The position numbers and the translations under genes are program-made. From positions 248,001-312,000 of the forward strand of contig CM022667.1 in the NCBI GenBank assembly GCA_012295275.1: 64,000 nt of DNA. Reading direction: 5' to 3'. How positions within the stretch are numbered: position 1 is the first letter of the stretch; the number at the start of each line of letters is the position of its first letter. The DNA is from Chrysomallon squamiferum (taxonomy: Eukaryota > Animalia > Mollusca). Below are positions 28,594 through 42,708 of the stretch, in pieces. The notes beneath the pieces are model-generated. The model ran no database searches and was not told the origin of the DNA. It was given only the letters and a program-made list of their open reading frames with translations.

Positions 28594-31500
28594 ATTTTTT
28601 TTTTTTTTACTTTTTAATTATTATTAGTGTTATAACTATTTGTTTATTTTTTTATTATCATTATTCCATTATATACTTTTTTTTTATTATTATTATTATT
28701 TTTTTTTTTTTTTGTTACTGCCTTTAAAAAAGGAAAAAACCAATATAGTTTATATTATCAATAATATTATAGATTTTTTTCAATGTAATAAAATTTACAG
28801 GAATTATTTAAAAAGAAAACAAAAACCATTTTTGTTATTTTTCCTTTTTTTTTTTTTTTTTTCACTCCATTGAAATTTTTCATTTATTTCTTTAGTGATT
28901 AATCCATTCTTTTTGTGATGATGATGTTGATGATTATTATTATTATTATTTTCATTTGGTAATGAAATGGAACCAATTAATAAATAATATATTTTAATTA
29001 ACAATGTTGGAACAGGTAATTAAGTACATGGATGATTTATGTTTTTGAGGGATGTGTTGTATTTTATTTTCATATGGACATTGGCATGAAATAACCAGTG
29101 TTGATTTCTTGGGTATTTTGTCCTTTCATTATTTTATTTTTTTTGATTGCATTTAATAATAATAATAACAATAATAACATTAATAATAATAATAATAGTA
29201 ATAATAAAAAGAAAAACTAATTAAGAATAGATAAATAAATAATGACTGTTAATCCCTGTATTATTTCTTGAAGTATAACTTGAAATTTGTAATTTTGGTG
29301 TAGACATTTTTTTTCAGAATACCTAGAGGCATTGGCCTGTTTTTCTATTATTTATTTATTACTTTTATGTTTAATATAAGAAAAGTAGTAATTAATAATA
29401 TTTTAATTAAAATACATTTTTGTCGAAATATTATGTAGCAATGGACTTGTTTATTTCTTTTATTTATTTATTTTGTTTAATCATTTAACAAAAAAAAATA
29501 CTGTTTTAATTAAAAAAAACGGATATTAGTTTAATTAAATACGGTTTCATTATGGTCTGTCATTACCTTATAGCATTTTTTTTTTTGTTTATTGAAGTAA
29601 AAAAAAAAAAGTTTCTATTTCTTTTTAAAGCAGTTTTATTTTAACTCTGTTTTTAAGATTTTGTTTTCAGTTTTAATTTTTACATTTTAACCTGGTTTTT
29701 ATATAAAGTATATATTGTATCAAACATGTTTTGCAAAAGTTATTTACAGTTGCACATTTATGTAAATATGATTACTGATATGGATTTTGGAACAATTATG
29801 AAAACATTTGATTACATAATTAAACAAAAATATTAATGAAATGAAGCAGTGAAATTAAGAAAACACGTACTGAACCATTTATCAAGCAAGCTTGGGATTT
29901 CTGGAATTGTCTAAATCTTTACTTAAAAATAAACAACGAAAAAGAAAGAAAAGAAAAGAATGAAATTGCATTTAACAGATAAAATTGAATACACTTCTAA
30001 ATCAGGGTCTGTTTGACCTTTATCAATTCACTTAAAATTCTTAAAATTCCTGTTATAAGAATTCTGCGTTTCCTTTAATATGTCACATTTTGTTGTTTTT
30101 TTAGATCTGATAAAAAAAAATATGCAAAAATGAGGCTAAATTAAAACAAATAATACATGGCAGCATTATCTCTTGAACTGCTGTCAGAGAAACCAAAGCA
30201 AAGCATACATAAATAGACAGTTTTCTTGATTTTCTTGACTTCAAAAAGTCAGATAATTGTTCTATGTGTTACGGAATTGATGAAGATTTTTATTTTTTTG
30301 TATGTATATATATATATATATATATTTTTTTTATGGAATGTTACTAAAAGAAATGTTTAATTTTAAAAGTTATCCTAGCAACATAATTTTAATTTACAAA
30401 ATTTAAGTTATTATTTTTTTTTTTTATTAATATAAAAAAAATGTATTCTTACTATTGAAATTTTTAAATTACACATGTAGATACATATATATAAATTAAT
30501 TGTTACAGTATTTTGTAAATAACTGTCTCCTGTTTTTCAATTTCAAATTATGAATGGCAGATTTTTTGAAACTATTAACATTTCTCAAAGGTGCTACATT
30601 TTCAAGATTTTAACAGAAGTAAAATAATGGCTTTAAATTGAACAATGCTTTATTCAGTGTTTGTACAGAGTACAGTATATCAGGAAGCCTTGACTATAAA
30701 AAAAGATTTTAATTATAATTTATAAATTTATTATTATTATTATTTTTATTTTTATTATTATTGTTATTCTATAAAAAAGATTTTAATTATAATTTTTTAA
30801 TTTATTATTATTATTAATTTTGAACATTGCCTTTCTTTCAGCATAATAATTGCACAGCATAATATTAATAATTATTCATTGTACTAACCGGTAATAACTT
30901 TCTTTTGCACAATGATCAAATGATTTTCAGTACTGTCTTTTCTTTTTTTCTGTTTTTGTTTTGAATGACATGCATTACTTAATTATTTATTTTTTATTAT
31001 GGGGTCAAGTACTTTAAGTTTCATAGAAAAAGGAAGAAGTAAATTTTATATTTTGATTGTAGTTATTATTAAGAGAAAATAGTTGTTTAAACATTTTAAT
31101 AGGTAAGTAAAATTATATATGTGTGTGTGTGTGTGTGTCAGAAATGGAAATACTTTTTCTAATTTTTAATTTATTTTATTAATTTATTTATATTATTATT
31201 ATTTTCATTTTATATTTTATTTTATTTTTATTTTGTTAGTTTGATTTTATATTCTTAATAATTTGTTTGTTAAACAAAAAACAATGTACTTCAGTTCTCA
31301 ATAGTTTTAAATGGCTGGTTAAATTAAAAAATAATAATAATAATCTTTGGAATAAATATTTGTTTTATGTGCATCCTCCTCCAAAAAATTGATACAGTCA
31401 ACATTATTATATTTCATTTTGTTAGCAACTGGGTAGCAGCTATTTTTTTTCAGCATTGTTATTAAAAAAGCAACAAAAAAAAAAAAAAAAACTATACCTA

Positions 31501-34500
31501 CTGACCTTTTTAAGAGTCAGTAAATATTCTCATGTTGTCATAAGAGAGCAAGACAATACCTTTGTGGCATCAAAAAAATAATAAATAAATAAATAAATAA
31601 ATAATAATAGTAATAATATAAATAATGATTAATCATGTTTATTGTAATATCAATATGTAATACAGAATCTTACTTTTTAACATTTAAAAAACAAATTAAT
31701 TTCCTTGGGTTATAGTTCCTATAGTGTGCCATACCCAAATAAACTGCATTTAACAAATGATAAAGATTACTATTGTTATTTTATTTTCTTTCTTTACATT
31801 ATTTTTGATGGGTGGGGAATTATTTCAAAATAGCAGATTATATTCAGTAGGACATTAAAAAAATTATTAAAAATTATTAAAACTTTTATTACACATATGC
31901 TAAAAATGTTTGAACGTTAAGCTTATAGATTATGTTAAAGTATTTATGAAAGAAAAAAGATGTGTTTTTTTTTTTTTTTTCACTTTTCTGTTTTACCACA
32001 TGGTTACATAACAACTCTTTATAAATGCTGTCCATGATATTACTGTTCATATGAAAATATTAACTATTTATTTTGATGTTTTTTAAAAGTGTTTTCCCGA
32101 TTCATACGCATTCTTTTCTCTCAATATATGATAATAACTTTGTTCTTATTTTTAGCCAGTAGTTTTAACAGCTACTGCTACATTTTTTAATTCTGAATAC
32201 ATTTTGATATTAATTTTTAAAATTTTCTATCATGCACGTCATCTGTCATTTGCTTAATTTAATAACTGAAAATTAACGACGCTATTAATATTTACACTCA
32301 TACGCTTTGCACTTGTTTTAATTAGCTGTACAAACAATAAAAATTATTTAATTTTAATTTATATATCTTTTATGAATAGCTAATATAATATCTGCCAGCT
32401 GATATAAACTGATGTTCAGTTGTACCTTTCATGTAAAGCTTGTAGTTATATAGTTATTACAAAATTATTTATCATTTTTTAATTTTTAATTTATTAATAT
32501 GATCTAATTTTTTTTATATAATTTCCATCAAATATAAAAAATAAAAAAAAGTTAAAATTTTTTTTTTTAATAAATTAATGTAATTTCTACCAAATATATC
32601 ATTTGTTAATTTTCAGTTTATTAATGACATATTTTATTTTATATGTAATTTTCTTTACGTATTATTTTTTTAAACCATTTTTAACTAATGTTTCAGTTTT
32701 TTTTGTATTTGAATTATAATTTATTATTTATTGTATATATTAAAAAAATTAAATTTAAATTTTTAATTTTTTTAAAGTTACTGTCATGTTACAAGATGAT
32801 AAAAAAAAAAAAAAGAAAAAGAAATGGCCTGGACTAAAGAAATTTCAATTTTAAATTATATTTTATTATCTAAAATTTCCAATTTTCAAATCAGGGGTAT
32901 GACATATAAAATAAAAATCTACTTCTTTTTGCTTATGATTTTTTTATTTTTTATTTATTTATTTATTTTTTTTAATTTCTGAATATCTTAAAAGTGACAA
33001 ACAGGAATTGATTTTTTTTTAAAAAATATTCAGTTATTATTTAGTTGATTTGATTTTGTTTTTTTTGCTGTTGTCATGGGGATAACTTGTATCGTTTTAC
33101 ACTGATTTTTAAGAACAAGCAAAATGCACCTCTTTAATATTCCTTAATTTCAGCAATTTCTTTCAGCCACCAGTTTTCTTTCATATACCACCATTCTCTT
33201 TTTCTTTCACTTTTTAATATTTTTTTTCTTCTGTTTTTATTACCTATCTGTAGCCATTTGTTACAGTTTTGGTAAGACTCTTACATGGAGAGAAAAACAG
33301 CCTCTCTCATTGTGTTTGGCTATTTACATTTCCAACCTGAACCCTGAAACTGATTTTATTAGCTTTGTCAAAATATGCATATAAGAAATATGTTCCTGTT
33401 TGACAAGACTAACCCAAGATTGGCAACAGTAAAGAAGAAGATGTTTTTTTTTAAATACTAATAACAAAAAAAATTATTATTTCAAGATGATTTCATTACA
33501 AGTTTTAAATGATCTTTGCTTTTTGAATTATTCAAGTTGCATCATTTCAATTTATTTATTTATCTATTTTTTTATTTTTTTTAATTTCCTCCCCCCTCCT
33601 CCTTATTCAAACTAAGTAACCCCAGGCAATTAAATTTGCTGCACCTGCAAGAAAAACAATTTCAAGGTAAATGCACTTTCAGCAGCGCCAGTACACTTTA
33701 CTCTCATTATCTTGTCACATGCATCTGTTCATGTGATAAAATCAAGAAATATTTGTTTGTTATGTTTTGTTTTGTTTTTTTACAAACAACAGCCACCTCC
33801 TTTCTGTGCTGAATAATGTATTAAAAAGACAATAGTAATAAAGTTTTGAATATTAAAAACATGTTTACAAAAATAAGAAACATCAAATTTAAATTGAATA
33901 AGTGGTCTGTAAACATGTATTCAATTTCCTGAATGCATTCGGTTTTACAAGTAGCTTTTTAATCTACAGTGATGGTTTCAGTTTCAGATTTAAAAAAAAA
34001 AAATTATTTTATTCTTTTCTTTTGAATTATGCATAGTTTATTTTGCATTTTTGTAAATATATTTACTTTCCTTTTTATAAATGTTTATTTCCATCTATTT
34101 CAACTTTATAATTTTTTTTTTTTTTTTTTTTTTGTCATTTCTGACTGTACAAGCTTTTTTAGATCTATTATGAATTTGGTAAACTGGTGCATTTACTTGT
34201 TGACATCATTTTTTTTTTTTTTCAGTTACAAAAGAAACAAAATGTCTTTTAAAATATATTACGTTATGTATATGCAGTCATGATTCTAGTCTATAAAGGA
34301 GAAAAAGAAATTCATGGACCTACTTAAGTTGTTACCTATTTAATGTTTAATCATCTTAGTCATATCAACGTAATTAAATCAGATTACTAAAATTTACCTT
34401 CATTAACTGATGTTGTCAATGTAAAATTGTAAATTTTGTACATTTATTTTTCTTTTATTGTTTTTTATTTTATTTTTTTTTAAATTTGTGTATATTATGG

Positions 34501-35029
34501 TCTTAGGTTACTGGCATTTATAGAATCTGTAGATATTCTGGACTAATTTTTTTTTGTTTTTTTTTGTAATTTTAAAATGAATCAAAGAATGTAAAATGAT
34601 TTTAAATATTTTGTTAATTTCAGTAAGGAAAATTTTTCATTTATTTAAGTAATTTTTTTATATAAATATTAATAAAACATGCATTTATTTACCTTTATTT
34701 TTACTCTGTACAAAAATTATAATTATTTTTGAAAAAAACCTATAACGATGTATTTTTAAAATAGAGTTATGTCAAAATTTTAGAAATGGAATAAATCCTT
34801 GGTGTCATTTTCATTTCTTTGTTTACTGTAAATAAACTTGCCTTGTAAAATAAAAATTTTAATCTGTGTAAATGAGTGTACCTGACTGTCCATGTGTTCA
34901 TAAACTTATTAAATATTTCAACTGAATATTTTATCTTTATCTGTTTAGCCAAATTAAATTTTGAAAAAGATGTTTCTGCTGTGACATTAATTATAATTAA
35001 TGATCATTTAATGGTCGACACCATCTGCG

Positions 35030-35064
<35 letters not shown>

Positions 35065-35967
35065 TTTACTTATTTTTTTACATTTAATGCGGCCTATATT
35101 TACTTCAACATTACACAGAATCATCTTAATCATGGTGTTTACATTAAAAAAAATACAGATACTTACTGTAATGCTGCATATGTTAACATGTAAAACAAAT
35201 TATTTTTTAGCCTCTTAAGAATTACATGCCGTCACAAGCAGTGAACTTCAAAAGACTGAAAAGAGAAAAACTCTACGACTAAAGCAGACTTTTTTTTTTT
35301 TTGTTACATTTCAAAAACTGGTGTAGTTTCAATATTTATTTAAGGACGTGTATTTTTTAATCAGCCACTTTAAATGAGAATATGTATGACTTTTGCTAAA
35401 TAAATATTTAAACATAAAAACGGATAAACAATTTGTATATTTTTTAGGCTTGGAAGCAGCATTTATTTGCATTTGTTTCACGTCAAATGAATACAAAATG
35501 AAACTAATTGTATAATCAATAAAATACACTGTAAAATAAAACTAAACATGAGATAAAATGAAAGACGTTTGTATCCCTCTAAAAGAAAAAAATCCAATAC
35601 TGAATAAGGTGTATATTATATAGCCATCTGCGTCATAAAAAGATGTTTGTAAAAAGGTGTTTGTAATATAAATATTATTGCAAGAAATGACGTATGACCT
35701 ACATTTTTGTAACATATATATATATATCTATATTCTATCGAAAAGTGGATCTCAGATTCTAAAAATGTAAAAACAAAACAGCATAAATATATTCGTAGTA
35801 ATGGGTGACGAACCTAAATGTACACACACGAAAAAAAAAAAATAATAAAAAAAATGATTACATAAGATACACTATCTTAAAACGATTAAGAAAAACTGTC
35901 AACAGACTGTATTTTAAATTATACTTTAAGGATATATTTTTTTCTTCTTTTTATATTTTTTGTAGTT

Positions 35968-36012
<45 letters not shown>

Positions 36013-36269
36013 AAATCTATATATATAACAAAATAAAAAAAATAAAACTAACAAAATAATAATAATAATAAAAAATATTAAGTTTAGTAAGTGTTGTAAT
36101 TTCTGAAAATTGTCGATGAAGACGTAGAGTTTAGAATTTTTTGAAAAATAATCACCTATCTGGGCACACGTTCTCAAAAAGGTTCGCCACCCTTACTCTA
36201 GCAGCTTGTTCTCGACGACCAGCTAAATTAACATCCTCGTGCATAATTTGCGATATAGTAGTATTCTGT

Positions 36270-37385
36270 TCATACTGTCTCTGATGTAAAGTCGGAAAAT
36301 GCTACGTATTTTTGCAAACATTTAGGATAAGGTAAATCAAATATTCTATCCAGTATAGGTTTATCGTCAGTCGCCACATTGAGAGCATTCCTGATGGATA
36401 CTCTACATATCTCCTTCAGTGATCTCGGTGATTTACTGCGCACGCGCAGCCAGTTAAGTAACTCGTGTCGACTGCTGCCCAGCTCTGCCATTGGCTGAGC
36501 CAGACGTAGGAATGTTCTGGAAAAGGCTGGAATTCGCCTGGAACACTGATCCACTTCATCCGGAGATGGCTGATATCCGGACAGAACCATTAATTTTGCT
36601 ACAAATGGTTCACATTTGGCGAAAGCATCAACAAGCAGACTGCGCGTATACTTACCACGCCTTTCGAAGTGGCAACCATTATAGACAAGTAACGATGCCG
36701 TGAAACTTTTGTCAATAGAGATACAGGCACTTAACGGAGACCACTGGCCATCGTCCTGGCTAAGTCGACAACCAGATTCGATCAAAAGTTTTAGTATGCT
36801 GTCTAAGTTTGGATACGTATTTCTTTGCGCGATTTTGTAATAGAAAATACAAGTCAGAAACGGTGTCATACGATTCTGTGTGCTTGCATTGACGTCAGCA
36901 CCTCGTTTGATTAACATCCTCACGATTTGTTCGTTACCGATTCTTGCTGCTTCGTGCAATGGCGTCCATAACATTTTATTAGTAACGTTCACACGTGCAC
37001 CCATCTTACAAAGCAGGCACGTGATGGTTTCTAGGTTCATGTGAATTGCTCTGTGCAGTGGTGTGTTACCCGTGACGTCATAGACATTTACGTCACAGCC
37101 AAGCGATAGCAAACAGGAAGCGACGTCTTCACGTCTATGGTTGCAGGCTATGTGCAATGGCGTCTGCTTCTTGACGTCTACTTTGTTGATATCCCATTCA
37201 GCATTTGCCAGCATGTAAACAATCCGTATGTATCCATACTCGCAAGCCCAGTGTAATGCTGTCCTTTCGTTTTCGTCCGTCCGGTTGCTATAGCAACCTT
37301 CCAGCAGTAAACTTCGAACTTTGTCTTCTTTACCCCACTTCACCGCTTCGAAAAGTAAACTGTTACTATCCATTGAAACAGGCAT
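36270..37385 (-). CDS. Ankyrin repeat and SOCS-box protein (ASB-like CRL5 substrate receptor), single coding exon, ~371 aa
   Basis: Uninterrupted ORF; first ATG is 37385 (the track start at 37409 is GTG). It has ~6-7 ankyrin repeats (TALHWAC, TPLHIAC, TPLHRAI, TPLHEAA, TPFLTCI, SPLSACI) and a C-terminal SOCS box SPRSLKEICRVSIRNAL...IFDLPYPKCLQKYV (BC box plus LPxP Cul5 box). Splice acceptor upstream at 37524-37526. Confidence 0.93.
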   Translation of the reverse strand: MPVSMDSNSLLFEAVKWGKEDKVRSLLLEGCYSNRTDENERTALHWACEYGYIRIVYMLANAEWDINKVDVKKQTPLHIACNHRREDVASCLLSLGCDVNVYDVTGNTPLHRAIHMNLETITCLLCKMGARVNVTNKMLWTPLHEAARIGNEQIVRMLIKRGADVNASTQNRMTPFLTCIFYYKIAQRNTYPNLDSILKLLIESGCRLSQDDGQWSPLSACISIDKSFTASLLVYNGCHFERRGKYTRSLLVDAFAKCEPFVAKLMVLSGYQPSPDEVDQCSRRIPAFSRTFLRLAQPMAELGSSRHELLNWLRVRSKSPRSLKEICRVSIRNALNVATDDKPILDRIFDLPYPKCLQKYVAFSDFTSETV

Positions 37386-38148
37386 CTTTATATTGATAAT
37401 GGAGAACACCGGGTAAGTATAATTGGCAGTTATATCTTATTGAAATATCGCCAGAAACGTTTTCCAGGTCTTGTTCACATGCGATATCTATTCCAGCCTT
37501 ATCTTGATTTCATGTTTTTCAGTCTGGAAATAAATAAGTTATATAATAATCAAACGCATTCATAGATTTAAAAGGGGCAAATAATGACAACAAAAGGAGT
37601 ATATTTATGTTCTTGACACACACACAGAGTGAGGGGAAAAAAAACAAAAACAAATAGTGACTGATACGGTTGTAGAAATTTTATACAACAGAACAGGTAA
37701 TTAAATACCGTAGTGTACAGAGGCTGAGAGACAAAGAGCGAGGGAAGCTGTTACAGCAAATCCATCTGGTATACGTATTACAACTTCAATAACAAATTTT
37801 ATTTTCACGAAAATTTCAATAGGCTGTGACTGACCGTTTGTGTTCATCAGACTCAAATCAGTTTATTGTGTCTTATTTTATTTTGAAAGTATATATATAA
37901 AAAAATTATAATATTAATAATAATGGTCACTTCCTACAGTTAGTCTCTAAATCAAACGTAGTATTAAGTAATGGATTATCTTTCCAGACTTGAACTAGAC
38001 TCTATTCGTTGTAAAATAATATGGGATTTACAATTGATATGTTTACTGCTTTTGGAACGTGGGATATTTACCAGTCTGTATAAATTACTTTTATGTTTAT
38101 TGATTTTTTTTTTTTTCTGAAGAAGGAAAAAAAACCAGAAGTTATCAT

Positions 38149-38188
<40 letters not shown>

Positions 38189-39159
38189 TACAACGAAAAT
38201 ACAAAATAGTTCTATTATTTATTTTTTTATTATTATTGTTTTTTTTAAATGATATAATTTAACAGCATGCATATTGACTTATTTTCTTGTTTTTATAGGA
38301 AGAAACGTTTACATCCGAATTTTCAGGTGGAAAAGAAATGTTGTTCAAATAAATAACATATATGCGACAATTAATGGATAACCACTGGTTTTTATACGGA
38401 ATAGTATATTACCAGTGACTGTTTTATAAATCAAAAGTCTGTTCCTACATGAATTATATGGTATCTTGGTGCATTAAATCATGAAGAACTGATTAATGTG
38501 TGTGAATGAAAATTGTACATTAGACGCAACACTATGGTACTTAAAAAAAAACCACTAATAAATATTAGGAAAAATAAAAGAACAATTTCAATACAGTTAT
38601 ATCAAAGATTAACACTGATTCTAAAAAAATGTACATACGGAAAAGGTTTATGCCCATTAGTCATACGTGCCAATAAATAAATACACATCCAACAGTCATA
38701 CAGTCAGGTAGAATACTGGGCTGTGCACTCCTATAGTTAATTGGACTGTTCCAAAACAGAGCTATCTTATGTGTGTTCTGTTTGTTAGTTATTAATACAA
38801 GCGTGTTTTGAGCATTATATTACAATTTTGTGTGATATAATGTCATCATGAATCAATATAAGTGCTTTTAGATGTTATTAAATACTAACTCAGATCTGAT
38901 AACGAAATTTGTCGGAATCCCCTTAAACCTGAAATAAAATCTCTATCAAATTTAATACAATTTTTTACACAGTAATCCGTTTTAAATCCTCAGTCCTCCT
39001 GTTCTTGGATCATACCATTATTACACTGTGTATCATAACAGTGACTGTATGATGAGAGTGTGTGCACCCGACCTTGAACCTTGTTGTTTCAAACTGTACG
39101 ACTATCGACATGTATAACTATTGGGAGGTTATCAAGGAAAACCTGTGAATGTTACTTAC

Positions 39160-39214
39160 GTTTTACTAAGGTGGGTTAAATCAAATGCCATGTTGAAATT
39201 TGGCACAAATGCGT
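39160..39214 (-). other. Probable 55-nt 5'UTR exon of the ankyrin-SOCS gene
   Basis: Strong acceptor TTTTTTCCCAG| after a long U-rich tract and perfect donor |GTAAGT, on the same strand and 1.6 kb upstream of the acceptor of the coding exon. Confidence 0.55.
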
Positions 39215-39263
39215 CTGGGAAAAAACAAATAAACAAATAAATAAATAAATAAATAAATAAGTA

Positions 39264-39348
<85 letters not shown>

Positions 39349-40143
39349 AAAATATATATATAAAATAAAATATAGACCAGCGTTAAATAACAATAAGCTA
39401 AAGAAAAAAAAAAAATTTATGTTTGTGAATTAATGTGTTTTTGTGTGTGGGCGCTTGTGAAGGAAAGTCCATTCTTATTTTGTTAAAGACGAAGAAAACT
39501 ACGCAAATAGCCCTGTGTAATATATACCTGTAATATATACATACCTGTATGCGATTTTCTTAAAGCTATCTCCATTCAGGCTAATCTATCTATCTACGAG
39601 ATGCGCTTGTTTACCTTTTTTTTTTCTTTTCCCCTTTCACTTCGGTACCTTCGCAAGAATCATTTTCGGAGGTTCAGCTGTCATAATTCTTCTAACTCTA
39701 TTAATTACCGTTTCGCGACGTCTTTTTAATACTTATCAAGCTCGCTAAACGTATTTCATTCACAGCACGGTACTTGGAATATGGAAGGGCGAGTTTCCGT
39801 TCTTATTAGATAACTGAGAAATGTCGGGCTTTGGATCGTCTAATTTTAGAAGTTGTGCGTAATTTTCCGAAATATCCTCACTTCTCGAGTGTTCTTCGTA
39901 GAGATAGATAGACTTGCAAAATTCCTTTCAACTTTTCTTTTTCAGTTGTTTTCTTTTTGTTTTTTTTTTTTTTCTTTTTCTTTCTTCTCCCCACTTTTCT
40001 TTTTCTTATCATTAATATATCATTAATAGAAATCTATTATCTCTTTCTTTTGCATTTTCTTACGTAACATTTATTGCAAATTCTTTCAGTTTTATATGTT
40101 TCATAATGATTATTATATATGTTTTCCCTCTCAGTGTCGATAA

Positions 40144-40152
<9 letters not shown>

Positions 40153-40220
<68 letters not shown>
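40153..40220. repeat. (CT)n microsatellite
   Basis: Seen directly. Confidence 0.95.
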
Positions 40221-40223
<3 letters not shown>

Positions 40224-41303
40224 TTTTTTTTTGTTATTATTATATGAATCTTGAAAACATTTCATTTATATTCTCTTCGTTTGTCTTATTGCATCACCAC
40301 ACTTCCAAATCACAAAATGACCTGCGTAGTTAGTCAATAAAGCACACATGCATTGAGTGTGTACTGGAATATATACTGGTAATCGATTGTGTAATGTTAC
40401 GTTGAACATACATATAACATTACAACATGACTTTTATATAATTATTGTTTATATCCGTGCATTTACCAGGACATTAACGTTTGAAAATCTGATGTTCAAT
40501 CAATTATTAATTTGGTAAAATTTAAAAGCATCAATACGTTTATTTCCCTCTTTTTTGTTGTATTGTTGTTGTTGTTGTCGTCGTCGTTATTTGCGGTAGT
40601 AGCCGTAGTAATAATAATAGTTTTAATAACTGCAACAATGATAGTAATGCTAGTAATAGTAGCGGTAGTAGTTATTATTTAATATTTTTTATTTAATTAA
40701 TAAAATATATATATATATATATAACTGAATATATGCTTAAAATACGCCAAACATTAAGCCATAAAATTTTGGCATCAATCATGGAAAAAGCGAGATAATT
40801 AATTAGCTTAGTGTTGTTCTCATAGGATAAAGCAAGAAAGAAAGAAAGAAAACAACAACAACAACAAACAACAAAGGCAATAGGACAAACGGACGGACAA
40901 ACAAAGAAGCTTAATAAGGTTAAACATTTTTTTTTAATTTTTTTTTTTTTTTTTAAGTACTAATGTAACCTTTATACCGTTTCAGAGCAGACCCTAATTA
41001 AACCAACGTATGCTCATAGTGATCCGTAACAGAGAAAAGCCCACTTTTAGGCCATTTACAATGCAAATAAAAATACCTGAAAGAACATACGATTGTAAAT
41101 GTACTTACGTTTTGCTATTTGCTTAGATTAGGCGGTTTCTCAATGTACACAACGGAAAACAATAATTAGGCAGCTAGTCATAGAGTTTGTAATACCTGAT
41201 TAATAAAAAAAGCTAGTCTCATTCGTCCTTCGCTCATTTCCAATTTCTTTTTGCTTCATTATAATCATTATTGTAATTTTGTTTTATTTTATCTTATTTT
41301 TTG

Positions 41304-41308
<5 letters not shown>

Positions 41309-41353
<45 letters not shown>
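41309..41353. repeat. (AG)n microsatellite
   Basis: Seen directly. Confidence 0.95.
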
Positions 41354-41357
<4 letters not shown>

Positions 41358-42353
41358 ACAATAATAAAAAGACAAGACCACTTTAAAAAAAAATTAACTC
41401 CGACAATGACACATCAAAAAAGAAAGAAAATTAAACTGAACGTAAAATGATGTAATGTTTAATTTTTTAAGAATTGTTTTTCTTTTTTTAAACTTTAAAC
41501 CTACTTACAGATTTATTTATTTCTTGATATTCTTATTAAACATACAATTCAGCAATATATTTGATAGTAAATGGTAATGACAGCGTAAAAAAAAAAAAAA
41601 AAAATCAAAGGCAGACGAACAAAGAAAAGCGAAAACATATTCGCGAGAAAAACACTGACAGCGAGATAGTGTTTGTCAGACAAGGAGATTGATTTGTTCA
41701 GTTTAAATACCAAATTAATGCGAAGGCGGAGCGATAAATAAACTTCCTTGTAAACAAAGAAGATCAGTCATAGAAAAAAGAGAACCCAGTAATAAATAAA
41801 TATAAACAATGTGCAAACCTGAAGCTAATATTTCCCCTGCAGAACAGAATATCTGTAAAATTTCAGTTTCGAGCAGACGATCCGAGTCACGTTGCCGCCG
41901 TATTGAGCAGACGATATGAATCAAGTCGCTAGCTGCAACATCGGTTAATTTCAACAGACGGTGCATTGGTAATAGCTGATTATGTGAATAGGCTGCAAAG
42001 CACCCATTGTTCAGGCTTGAACAGCTGACGACCACATCAACGAAACAACACGAGACACATCGGACTTCAAACTTCATCTGTATGTATCTAACGGATTATA
42101 TTTTAGACAATTCTCGGCGGCCAGTTTATGGTTTTTGAAGTAGCCTTGCCATCAGGTTAACGATATGTGAAAGTGTCTGGATATTGTGGTTACTCCCCTT
42201 CCCATTGTAAAACGTTTGTTAAAAGCTCCCTGTGCGATTTTAATTAGGGTGGAAGGTGTAAAGAGAGAAGGAATAAATGGAAAACGAAAGAATGAATATA
42301 GAGCAATGGAGGGGAAAGAGAAGTAAGATTGCGTAAGAAAAACAGAGATTATG

Positions 42354-42388
<35 letters not shown>

Positions 42389-42676
42389 AAAAATAAAAAT
42401 AAAAAAAAAAAAAAAAAACGATAGTAAAATAATAAAGTATAATAAGAAAATTTTAACATTGCTTGCTAAAGGGATATTTTATACATCAACTTATGACGTT
42501 CAAAACTTTTAATCATAGAAATTTATTTCAGTATCTTAAAATATTTTGATATAAACTTCTTCAAACAATATGATTGCATGAGGATTTGTGGCATTTACTG
42601 AATTCATTTCTTATCTATAATAATTATTACTTTTTAGTAACTGTTAATAAGTGTTATGGCAATAGCGGAGAAACAG

Positions 42677-42708
<32 letters not shown>

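Noticed and set aside
30690-30820. Short two-copy local duplications (also near 17421/17501, 24421/24501, 24901/24990 and 63333/63355)
   Set aside because: These are ordinary slippage-type duplications in AT-rich non-coding DNA with no splice or coding consequence.
26693-35193. Numerous 60-116 aa F/L/I/Y-rich ORFs downstream of PCIF1
   Set aside because: They are compositional artefacts of U-rich non-coding sequence, with no splice-supported exons or domains.
36491-37396. Plus-strand ORFs 36491..36703 and 37205..37396
   Set aside because: They are antisense shadows of the ankyrin-SOCS CDS.
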